Source: Ascoidea asiatica JCM 7603
Taxonomy: Eukaryota > Fungi > Ascomycota
Reading direction: 5' to 3'
Length of the DNA: 64,000 bases
Assembly (NCBI GenBank): GCA_001600695.1
Contig: BCKQ01000005.1
Coordinates: forward strand, 54,404 to 118,403
Under the pieces are notes generated by a model, which saw nothing but the letters and a program-made list of their open reading frames with translations, had not been told where the DNA came from and made no database searches. This document shows, in pieces, positions 21,394 to 31,447 of the stretch. Positions within the stretch are counted from its first letter, which is position 1. Each line of letters opens with the position of its first letter. Position numbers and translations under genes: made by a program.

Positions 21394-22458
21394 TTATAAA
21401 ACTCTTAAACATTCAAAATTTAAACCAGGTCTGATTTTGATACTTTTATGATTTGAATTAGAATTAGAATTATTATTCTCATATGAGTTCTTATTCTTAT
21501 TATCATTACCTTTATCAGTATCAGTATCATTATCTTTATTTTTGTTTTTATTTATATCTTTGTCTTTATCATTAGTCTTATTATTGACATTATTTAAAAA
21601 AGATTCATAATTCAAATTCAAATCTTTTCTATAAGAACCATTTGGTAATTTTAATAAATAAGAATTGATTAAAATTTGATTTGAATTTAAATTATTTGAA
21701 TCATCTTGCCATAATTTTAACTCAACTAAAATATCTTCAATAATATCATTATCTAAATTTTTTAATTTTTCATTATATTCATTTAAGTTATTATTTAAAT
21801 TATTTAATTTATTATTAAATAATGGAGGTAAAATTATAATTTTATCAAATATTGGAATTTTATCATTTGAATTAATTAATAAATTATCATTAATTTTATC
21901 TAAATAGTTATTATTTAAAATATTTAAATTTGAATCTAATAAAGATTTATCATTTTGATTTTTTGGTTTATAAATTATATTAATATCATAATTTATATCA
22001 TACCAATCATAATATTGAGATAAAGATAATTCATTTTGTTTTGTATAAGATAATTCAAAATTTAATTTAATTGAAGAATTAATATAATTATTATTATAAT
22101 CATAAGTTATTGGATTTGTTACAATTCTTGAATGATCTTTTAAAATAGTTTTATTTAAATTTTGAAAAATCGGTTTAAAAATATCAAGAATTGAAATTCT
22201 AATTGAATAAATTAATTTGAATTGAAAATTTTTATTTGAAATGAATAAAATTGAAATTATTGGTAAAGCATTATTTTTTAGATGAAATTCGATTGATTTT
22301 TTACTTTTATTGTAAATTTTATTTTTATTGATAATTTGATTACAATTTGAATAATTAGCTAAAATTATCAAATTTTCATAATCTAGATTCTTTGGAAATT
22401 CAACTATATTAAGTGTTAATAAAAGTTTTGAAAGTTCATAAGAGTTAGATTTTGTCAT
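21394..22458 (-). CDS. Hypothetical protein with possible divergent N-terminal C2-like domain
   Basis: 354-codon ORF in stop-rich AT DNA, with an ATG in AAA context. No family confidently recognised. Confidence 0.65.
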   Translation of the reverse strand: MTKSNSYELSKLLLTLNIVEFPKNLDYENLIILANYSNCNQIINKNKIYNKSKKSIEFHLKNNALPIISILFISNKNFQFKLIYSIRISILDIFKPIFQNLNKTILKDHSRIVTNPITYDYNNNYINSSIKLNFELSYTKQNELSLSQYYDWYDINYDINIIYKPKNQNDKSLLDSNLNILNNNYLDKINDNLLINSNDKIPIFDKIIILPPLFNNKLNNLNNNLNEYNEKLKNLDNDIIEDILVELKLWQDDSNNLNSNQILINSYLLKLPNGSYRKDLNLNYESFLNNVNNKTNDKDKDINKNKNKDNDTDTDKGNDNKNKNSYENNNSNSNSNHKSIKIRPGLNFECLRVL

Positions 22459-23247
22459 TATTATAAAAAAGTATGATTATAGTATATATCAGTATTGGTA
22501 TAAGTATTAGTTTAAGTAAGTGTATGAAAAAGAGGAAAAGTAAAAAAAGATAAAAACATAATATAAAAAGGATATTTGTATTTATATATTATTATTTTTT
22601 TATTTTATTATTATTATCTTATTATCAAAATATATTACTTGTTATATTGGTTTATTTATCATTCATTAATTGATTGATTGATTGATTGTTATCTTGTTTT
22701 ATTTTATTTTACTTTGCTTGGTGTATTTGAATATGTTTAAATATGTTTAAATATTTCATTAAAGAATAGTAAATAATAAAAACGGTGCTTTTATCGCATT
22801 ACACGCAATATCCGCATACCTGCCAGAATATTTCTATTTGCTCCCCGGACGCGCGGGCGGCCACGGGTGGACACGGACCCAGCGGAAACTCCAATAAGAG
22901 ACCATTTCTACGGTTTCCCTTGCCACATGTGGCAGTGAATCCTATTGTAGCTTACCGTGGCTGGCATTAAGGGTCCTGCTGGACACTGCCGTTTTTGGCG
23001 TCATTGAGCCTGCCCCAGCACAGGAACCAAATTCTGCTGCGCACAGATCAAAGACACAAGACCAGTTTTACTATATCTTGTATTTTATATCTTATATTAT
23101 TCTTCCTGATATATTGAAATATTGGTATATTGTCATATTAATGTATTGAAATATTGAAATATTGATATATTTTTGATATATTACTGATATCTTGATATCT
23201 AGACTATTCATATATCATATATCATATCCTTTGAAGTATCAGTTATC

Positions 23248-23703
23248 ATGGCGATTATCAGTAACAATGCGTCTTTCTCAACAACAATATCAATAAATAT
23301 AATTGAATTATCTATAATTTTCTCATTATTTTTATTATCATTCATTCTTTATATCTACTTTTATAATAAAAAACTATTCGAAAATAAGAATACTGTTATT
23401 TCAAATATTCAATTTAATCAATCTCAATCTCAATCTCAATTTCAATCTCAATTTGAATCCGAACTTGAGTCTGAGTTTAATATTCAAAACCAACTACCAT
23501 ATTCAAATACAAATACAAATACAAATACAAACTTCAATCCAATATTACCTATATATAATAAAGAACCTGTTTATGATTCAAATCGATCAAATTCACTTAT
23601 CACAAATCCGTTCAATGATCTGGTTTTAAGTTTACACAATAATAATAGTAGTAATAATCAAGTAATAGAATCTGTATCTTTACAAAACTTAAATATCAAA
23701 TAA
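23248..23703 (+). CDS. Small hypothetical single-pass membrane protein
   Basis: 151 aa; hydrophobic segment around aa 15-39; low-complexity tail containing an LPIY motif. Confidence 0.5.
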   Translation: MAIISNNASFSTTISINIIELSIIFSLFLLSFILYIYFYNKKLFENKNTVISNIQFNQSQSQSQFQSQFESELESEFNIQNQLPYSNTNTNTNTNFNPILPIYNKEPVYDSNRSNSLITNPFNDLVLSLHNNNSSNNQVIESVSLQNLNIK

Positions 23704-23740
23704 ATATTACTTATAATCTATAATTTTAAAATAAATCTAT

Positions 23741-24904
23741 TTATTGTAAATTTAAAACTTGTTCATTATTAAAATATCTTTCAATATTTTTTAAACAAAA
23801 TATTGAAGAATTATTATAATTTTCAATTGTTGATGATGCAATATGTGGTGTTAATAAAACATCTTCTCTTTCTAATAATTCTGGATTAATATAAGGTTCA
23901 TTTTCATAAACATCTAATCCACAACTTATAACTTTACCATTTTTTAAACCATTTAATAAATCATTTTCATTAATTATTGTTCCTCTACCAATATTAACAA
24001 TTCTTAAACCATCTTTAGGGAAATAATCTATTGTTTTCTCATTAATTAAATGATAAGTTTCTTTTGTACCTGGTAAACAAATTATTATAACATCCGAAAT
24101 TGAAAAAATTGATTTAATTGAATTATGATAATTAATTTTAAAATTTATATCAAATTTTTTTAAATCATTTTCATCTAATTTAGTTCTATTAAAATAATGT
24201 ATATTCATACCAATAATATTTAACCTTTTTGAAACTTCTTTACCAATTGAACCAAAACCTAAAATTCCTGCATTTTTATTTTTCGGTGAAAAAACTAATT
24301 TACCACCAGCTCTATGACCTAAAGTATATGAATCAATATTTATAGAATTTCCAATGCCTTTATTATAATTAAAATTATCACCATTTAAAAGTTTTCTTGA
24401 TAATCTTGTTTCTTTAATATCTAACAATTTTCTTTGAAACATTGGAAACATTCTAAATGTTGATAAGGTTAAATATAAACCTAGATCTGCAACATCTTCA
24501 GCTCCAAGTGATGGTGTATTTGAAAATAATACATGTTTTTTTTTTAAACCTTCAATATCATAATGATTATAACCAACAGAACATGTTGTGATAAATTTTA
24601 ATGAATTTGGTATATTATCTAAAATTTCATCTTTAAAACATCCAACACTTATAAATCCTTCAAATGATCCATAAATAACTTCAATATCTGATAATGAATT
24701 TTGAAAATCCTTAATTAATTTCTCTTTAGTTGTTAATGTATAATGAATACATTCAAATTTTTTTGAAAATGAAATATATTCTGGTAAAGATATATCTAAA
24801 TCACCAACAAATAGAACCTTTGGCAAACCTTTTCTAGGTAAGACCTTGTCATTTTGGTCAAGTGGTTTATAAACTTCAATCTCAGATACAGGCTTTTCAG
24901 TCAT
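23741..24904 (-). CDS. D-isomer-specific 2-hydroxyacid dehydrogenase (glyoxylate reductase-like)
   Basis: GILGFGSIG Rossmann motif, VNIGRG, GLDVYENEP and catalytic LTPHIAS. Confidence 0.92.
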   Translation of the reverse strand: MTEKPVSEIEVYKPLDQNDKVLPRKGLPKVLFVGDLDISLPEYISFSKKFECIHYTLTTKEKLIKDFQNSLSDIEVIYGSFEGFISVGCFKDEILDNIPNSLKFITTCSVGYNHYDIEGLKKKHVLFSNTPSLGAEDVADLGLYLTLSTFRMFPMFQRKLLDIKETRLSRKLLNGDNFNYNKGIGNSINIDSYTLGHRAGGKLVFSPKNKNAGILGFGSIGKEVSKRLNIIGMNIHYFNRTKLDENDLKKFDINFKINYHNSIKSIFSISDVIIICLPGTKETYHLINEKTIDYFPKDGLRIVNIGRGTIINENDLLNGLKNGKVISCGLDVYENEPYINPELLEREDVLLTPHIASSTIENYNNSSIFCLKNIERYFNNEQVLNLQ

Positions 24905-25028
24905 TGATACAGAAGAAAGACCAAATTAAAAGAAATAGTTAGTAAACAAGAATTGCCACTTCTTCTCTTTTTTTTATTTCTTCTTCATTTGCACCTTCTT
25001 TATCTTCTACTCTTGCAACCAGTAATAA

Positions 25029-25084
25029 TCCCAGCAATCTCCAGCAATATCCAGTGATATCCAGTAATATCCAGTAATATCCAG
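25029..25084. repeat. Degenerate 10-bp tandem repeat (ATCCAGTAAT-like)
   Basis: 5-6 copies in the divergent dehydrogenase/kinase promoter. Confidence 0.7.
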
Positions 25085-25660
25085 ACACTGATCCAAGAAC
25101 AGCAATCCTGCGCGGAAACCCAACCCAAACCGTACCCGTGTCAGGACCTCCTGTTTCCGGTTCTTTTTATTACCGTGATTTCAAACCAGCCCTCCGGAAA
25201 CAATCCTGCTCCCGGACCTCGGATCGCACCGCCTCTCGACTTTGATCTGGTTTTTTTAGACAATTTTTGAGTGTTTGTATCTGATCAACAGGCAAAGTCG
25301 ATAAGAGCTGATAATAGTCTTTATAATAAATATCCAATAGCTGGAAAGTGTTTCTTGAATAGTCAACAACTATTTGATAACTATTTAATAACTATTATTC
25401 AAAATATTCATTATCTATTTATTAATTATTTCATATTCTTTGCTTCAAAACGACTATATTCTTTCACTCTTTGCTTCTATTTAGTCTGTCTTCTTTTTGC
25501 TTTTATTTCGTTCTAATATAGTAACGTTTCTGATATTTCAAAATCTCCTATTGATTCTTTTATCTTTCTTCATTTTTTTTTTTCCTTTTTTTTCCTTTTT
25601 TTTTCTATTTTTTTTATTTTCATCTTATTTCATTAATTATCTATTCTTATACATTATATA

Positions 25661-26677
25661 ATGGAAATTTTAGAAGCTTTAATAGATGATGAAACAAATA
25701 GTTATTCTTTTCTTTTAAGAAATCCAATAAGTAAAGATTTATATTTTGGTTTTGGTTCAAACACTTTATTAAATAATTTTAAATCAAATGTAAAATCTTC
25801 AAATAATTTACATGATATTTCAATTTTTAAAAATGTTGAAAAAATTGATAATTCAATTTATCCAACACTTGATGATCTTCAAAATAATCTGAATTTATCA
25901 AAAAATGATTTAATTATTTATGATAATGAAGATTTTTTTAATAATAACATTAATAATAATAATTATTTTTTGAAAAATTTTGATATTCATATAAGTAAAG
26001 ATAATAATGGTAAATTTCATAATCATTTGAAAAAATGTTTTTTAAACGAAATTAAATTTTTAAATTTTTTTAGAAAAAATCCTCATAAAAATATTATAAT
26101 TTTTAACGGTATAATAATTAAAAAAAATAATTTTATAACTTCAATAATTTTACCTAATTATTCTTTAAATTTATCTCAATATTTTCAAAATAATATTAAT
26201 CAAATTAATCCAAATCCAAATATTATTAAACAAAATTATTTATCTATTTTACATCAATTAAAATTAGCAATTTTTCATATTCATTCTTTTAACTTAAATC
26301 ATAATGATATTAAACCTGATAATATATTAATTACTTTTGAACACTCTAATATTAATAATAATATTAATAATAATATTAATAATAATAATAATCATTCAAC
26401 TTCAATTTCACTTTTAACTCCAATACCGATATTAATAGATTTTGATTCTTGTTGTCATGAATATTCTAAATTACTAAAAACAGGTACTGAAAATTGGAAT
26501 CAAGGTTTTGATAAACATAACTTTTCCTCGAAATTAAATGATTATTATGGCTTTAAAAGATTGATTCAATTTTTACAAATTTCTTTAGATGATTTTATTC
26601 TTTATAGTTTATCTGATTCTGATAAAGTTCAAGATGAAAATCATTCTTTAAAAAATTATTTACTTTATTCTAATTGA
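25661..26677 (+). CDS. Atypical protein-kinase-like protein
   Basis: NEIKFL...HKNII, HNDIKPDNILI catalytic loop, LIDFDSC (DFG variant), GTENW. No Gly-rich loop. Confidence 0.75.
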   Translation: MEILEALIDDETNSYSFLLRNPISKDLYFGFGSNTLLNNFKSNVKSSNNLHDISIFKNVEKIDNSIYPTLDDLQNNLNLSKNDLIIYDNEDFFNNNINNNNYFLKNFDIHISKDNNGKFHNHLKKCFLNEIKFLNFFRKNPHKNIIIFNGIIIKKNNFITSIILPNYSLNLSQYFQNNINQINPNPNIIKQNYLSILHQLKLAIFHIHSFNLNHNDIKPDNILITFEHSNINNNINNNINNNNNHSTSISLLTPIPILIDFDSCCHEYSKLLKTGTENWNQGFDKHNFSSKLNDYYGFKRLIQFLQISLDDFILYSLSDSDKVQDENHSLKNYLLYSN

Positions 26678-26918
26678 AAATTCAATCACATCATTTTTAT
26701 TCAATTTCATTTCATATCATTATTTTTCATTTTTATTCTATCTATCGCATTTTATCTTATAATAAGATATAAATTATTTTTCCTAAATTTTTTCCCATTT
26801 TTTAGACAAATATCTATATCCATAGACTTATAATTTATACATACACATATAAATATAGTATATAAAGTATATATTCATTAAAAATAAATTTATAAATTTT
26901 TTTTTGCTTTTTAAAATT

Positions 26919-27836
26919 TCAACTTGGATTATAATATGAAATAGAGGTATCGTCAAATACTTCCTGATTGATATAAGTACTTCCTTGAATTTTCAATTCT
27001 TCTTCGATTTTTTCATTATTTTCTTCTTTAAATTTATTGGAATTATTAAAATTATTGAAATTATTATTAATAATTTTAAATTTTTCAAAAATCATTGGAA
27101 TAATACCATCACAAATTATCAGAATACTATTTTTATCAATACTTCTCGTTAAAATTATATCTGAAAGTTGTTTTGTTGGCATTATGAATTGATTCATTTC
27201 TGGTCTTGCATAATTAATATAATAACTTATTAAATCTTGCAATTCAATTTTTTCTTTATTAATTTCTTCTTCACTAGCTTTATTTAGAATATCCTTCTCT
27301 ATCCATCTTGTTAATCTTGTATCTGCATCACAATCAATAAATATTTTTAATGAACTTAAATTTCTTAAATCATAATCATAAAGTCCATAAAATCCATGAA
27401 CTAAATATATTCGCTCATTAATTAAATTTTCTTTTTTCACCTTTTCATAATCTTTTTTAATATAATTTATCAATTCTTTGAAATTAAATCTTTGGGGAAG
27501 TAAAATACTATGATTTTTATTAATTATTTGTCGAGTTTCTTCTTTTAAGAATTCTCCATTCAGTTTATTTTGAAATTTTAAACTTGAACAATATTTATTT
27601 AGATTACTTCCATCAATAGAAGTTGAGGAAAAATAAGAATTGGAATCTAAAAACTTTTCCATATCAATATCTTTAATCAAATCATCATCAATATTTAATA
27701 GATTTTTATTTAATCCTTCTTGATATTGATTTTTAAATCTTAATAAAAATTCCTTTTTTATATCTTTACATACAGTTTTCTTACCAGAAGAATGACCACC
27801 TGCAACAATAATAACTATTGGTTTAACACCAGACAT
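26919..27836 (-). CDS. DAS2: Das2 uridine-kinase-like protein
   Basis: Degenerate P-loop AGGHSSGK, LKIFIDCDADTRL, RPEMNQFIMPTK and terminal YYNPS, as in Das2. Confidence 0.82.
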   Translation of the reverse strand: MSGVKPIVIIVAGGHSSGKKTVCKDIKKEFLLRFKNQYQEGLNKNLLNIDDDLIKDIDMEKFLDSNSYFSSTSIDGSNLNKYCSSLKFQNKLNGEFLKEETRQIINKNHSILLPQRFNFKELINYIKKDYEKVKKENLINERIYLVHGFYGLYDYDLRNLSSLKIFIDCDADTRLTRWIEKDILNKASEEEINKEKIELQDLISYYINYARPEMNQFIMPTKQLSDIILTRSIDKNSILIICDGIIPMIFEKFKIINNNFNNFNNSNKFKEENNEKIEEELKIQGSTYINQEVFDDTSISYYNPS

Positions 27837-28228
27837 TTTTATTGAGAAAAAAAGAATATATCAATTTTAATTTATGAAAATGAATTGAAACTGTGAATGT
27901 TTAGTGTATTTGTGATTGATTTTGAATGCAATTTAAATATAAATAAAAAAAATAAGTAAATAAGTAAATAAGTAAATAAGTATTAATCAATACCTAAAAT
28001 ATTAATCTCGATAATGTTACAGTATGAGAAGCATTGTTACTAAAAGCGTTAGTAACGTTAATAGCCTTGGAAACGTTAGTAGCCTTAGTAGTTATTAGCT
28101 ATGATTAAGTATTAAGCGCTGTAGAGTTAATATACATAAAAGAAATATACAGTACATACATAAATGGTAATGTTTTTTTTATAAATTTTGTATATTTTTG
28201 TAATTTAATATAGATACAAATAATAAAA

Positions 28229-29084
28229 CTAAACTACAACACCAGAGTTTGAAGCAATACGAGGCCATAAATCGGCACATTCTTTACCTACAGGACCAGT
28301 AATTGCAGAACCTTTCATTTCACCTTTTGGATTAACAATTACACCAGCATTATCTTCAAAATATAAGAAAACACCATCCTTTCTTCTCCATGGTTTAGAT
28401 TGACGTACAACAATTGCATTCATAACTTTTTTTCTTAATTCAGGCTTACCTTTTTTAACAGTTGCCATAACCATATCACCAACAGAAGCAGCAGGTAAAC
28501 GATTAAGACGAGCACCAAAACCTTTTACAGCAATGATATATAAATTACGGGCACCAGTATTATCACAACAATTGATAACTGCACCTACTGGAAGACCAAG
28601 CTATAATGAAATTAAGTTAGTAAGAAGCTTTTTATGAAAAGTTTCAATTTTTATTGAATAAAGTAATAAAAAAAAAACAAAGAGGTTTGAAAACAAAAAA
28701 CTTGATAACTCAGTTATCGAGTAATAATTAGATTACATATATATATGCATTTCATTAGTTTATCAGGCAAAAATAATATCTAGTAATGAATTAATCTTGA
28801 ATTTTTTAATATGATTTAGGAAATTAAATATTCCAAATGAAATATAATTTTTAGTTGAAACTGAATATTTTCATAAATTCTTAACGATTCATTTTTATGA
28901 AGATTTGAGATAATATTTCTTTTAGAAAATTTCAATAATTGATAAAATTTCACCATGATAAACTTCTAAATACAAATTATTTTACTTTTCAATTCACATT
29001 TACTTATTCACGAAAATCAATACAATTAACATGATTTGAACATACTGATACTCTATATTTATTTCCTGAAGCACCTGTAGACAT
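28229..29084 (-). CDS. RPL23: 60S ribosomal protein uL14, two exons (29084-29046, 28600-28229)
   Basis: Exon 1 [13 protein letters not shown], exon 2 [21 protein letters not shown]...[12 protein letters not shown]; 136 aa. Confidence 0.95.
28601..29045 (-). other. Spliceosomal intron of RPL23
   Basis: Canonical GTATGT (29045), TACTAAC (28622-28616) and TAG (28601). Confidence 0.92.
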
Positions 29085-29478
29085 TTTTTTAAATCAATTT
29101 TGTTACTTGTTGATTAATTAATTAACAAATATTATTTCTGATAATAAAATTAAATTTCCATACAGATATATTTGATATAGTTGACAAACTAAGATTCAAA
29201 GGTCAGAAATCACTAAGTGAAAAACCAGCAGTAAGAGAAAGCTCTAACTCTAGCTCCAGCTCCAACTCCAGGCCGTTTCCAAATTCCTGCAAATCCCCAG
29301 CAGCGAGTGCCCGGAACAGCAACTGGCTAGCCACACCGCAGAGAACTCTCTGCCCAGCACCAGTAACGCACTACGGGAGTGCCCTGCTGTGCGCAAAGAA
29401 ATAAGAGCCCTGGAGGTCGGTGCTTCCAGTGATCTATTGGGGATCGACTCAGATTTGCCCTCTGCCAGGCAATTTACT

Positions 29479-29537
29479 CACGTGCAATATTTTGCTTTTC
29501 ATAATGCTTTAAATAAAGCCCTACCTGTTAACACGTG
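29479..29537. promoter_or_regulatory. Cbf1 (CACGTG x2) and Tbf1-like (AGCCCTA) sites upstream of RPL23
   Basis: CACGTG at 29479-29484 and 29532-29537; AGCCCTA at 29517-29523. Confidence 0.55.
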
Positions 29538-30013
29538 AACTTTTTTTATTTTAAATACTTTTTATTTACTTTTAGCCTAAACCCCAAAATGTGTGTCCAA
29601 AACCATGTCCATAAATTTAAGGACATCTGCCCCAATCAATCTAAACCATTACATAATCCGGTTCTTGTGTGAGTGACAGTTTACGATACCCGGTGAAAAT
29701 GCCAGAGATTTAGAAACTGCGTTCATTTTCTGAATCAGCTGTACTTCTGCTTCTTATTTCTTGCATCGTCACTCTCAGGCAACTTATTCTGAGGGTTTTG
29801 GAACTGGGCAATAGACAGTAGACTATTCAACTACAACTCACAATCAAAGCTTTCAATACACTTTCAGTGATGGGTTTGATTTGGTCTAACAAAACTTGAA
29901 ATTTGAAAGGACATCAAGCATCTTTTTTTCACTACTTTAGCACATTGCTTTAGTTTTCTGCCTTAGTTAATTAATTACTTTATTAGTTCATCAATTAATT
30001 TCTTTTATTTCCA

Positions 30014-30976
30014 ATGGTTTCTTCAAATTCAAATTCATCTGATAATCAACAGACTTTTCATCAAGAGGATATTCAAATTAGTGAAATTCCATCATCATCT
30101 ACAAATATTCAATTTCAAAATCAATTGCATAGTGTCTCTAACAATTCAATAAACAATGATTCAAATTCAGATTTAACTATAATTGAATCAGACTCGATAA
30201 ATTTACCTTCAACCTCAATTTCTACTTCAAATAGATCAAGAATTAGAAATCGAAGAAAAAGAAGAAATAGAAGAGTATCTTTACCTCCAAATTCTGTTGT
30301 TGTCAATTTATCTGATGAAGAAAATCGTCATCATTTTACTCTTCCACCAATTACTGAAATTATTACTGTTGATCCTGATTTAAATACAAATAGAAATTTA
30401 CGTGCTAGATTACAAAATAATCCTAATTTTAATTTACCTGTAACCCCTGGTAATGAAAACTCAGATTCGGATTCTAATTATAATTCCAATTTAAATTCAA
30501 ACTTTACTTTAGGTAAAATTAATCAATTAAAAATTCCTAAGAAAAGAAAATTAATCAAAAATAATGATGATTTAAATGATCTTTTCACTGATGATGAAGA
30601 TAAGGATGATGATAACTCTATTAATCATCAAAAATTAATCGATGAAAATAAGAATAAAAATAATATTGGTATAAATGAATTAGAATGTCCAATCTGTTTT
30701 GAGCCTCCAGAAAAAACTTTAGCTTTAAAATGTGGTCATTATTATTGTATGGATTGCTTATTCAAAAGTTTTCAAATGTCAACTTCTTCAAATAAAACTA
30801 AAGCAAACTGTCCAATTTGTAGAACAGAATTTTCTTTATCTCATCTTCTGCCTTTAATTTTCATGAAAGCTCCTGAAATCAAAATTCCTGATGTGTATGA
30901 TGAATATGATTCTATTGAACAGTCTTCATCTTTATCTTCATCTCCTTCTTCATCTTTATCTTCATTATCATCATAA
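30014..30976 (+). CDS. SLX8: SUMO-targeted RING ubiquitin ligase subunit Slx8
   Basis: C-terminal RING (CPIC..CGHYYC..C..CPIC); SIM-like VVVNLSDEE, LTIIESD and IITVDPD. Divergent from RPL23, as SLX8/RPL23B are in S. cerevisiae. Confidence 0.8.
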   Translation: MVSSNSNSSDNQQTFHQEDIQISEIPSSSTNIQFQNQLHSVSNNSINNDSNSDLTIIESDSINLPSTSISTSNRSRIRNRRKRRNRRVSLPPNSVVVNLSDEENRHHFTLPPITEIITVDPDLNTNRNLRARLQNNPNFNLPVTPGNENSDSDSNYNSNLNSNFTLGKINQLKIPKKRKLIKNNDDLNDLFTDDEDKDDDNSINHQKLIDENKNKNNIGINELECPICFEPPEKTLALKCGHYYCMDCLFKSFQMSTSSNKTKANCPICRTEFSLSHLLPLIFMKAPEIKIPDVYDEYDSIEQSSSLSSSPSSSLSSLSS

Positions 30977-31447
30977 CCATTAATCTTTTATTACCGCCGA
31001 GAGTCTAAATACCGAATAATCTTCTATATTTCCGCAAATTCATTTCACACTCTTTTTCTTATATTTTTGTTTTTTTGCTTTGTGTTGAGTCGATGTAATT
31101 TCATATTCAACTCCCTCAATTCCAAATTACTATGAATTATATATATCACTTTAATCACCTAACCTTTAAAATTATTCAATTCAAATAAATCAATTTATAC
31201 TCAATCACCTTCTTATTCTGAAATTTTATCGGATTACACAAATTTGGCTATACCTCTAATTTAATTATATTTAATAATATTATTATACTACATATATAAT
31301 TCAATCAGAAATATTTATAGGCTATCCAAAATTTCTGTTCACAAATTTTCTAAATATATTAATTATTAATTGCTAGTTGAAATAAAATAAAAACCACAAT
31401 AAAAAAAACTAAAAATATTAAAATAATCACCAAAGCAAAATTTAATT

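Noticed and set aside
29600-29900. Moderately GC-rich stretch as a candidate ncRNA
   Set aside because: No tRNA, snRNA or snoRNA signature recognised; more likely the SLX8 promoter. An Rfam scan would settle it.
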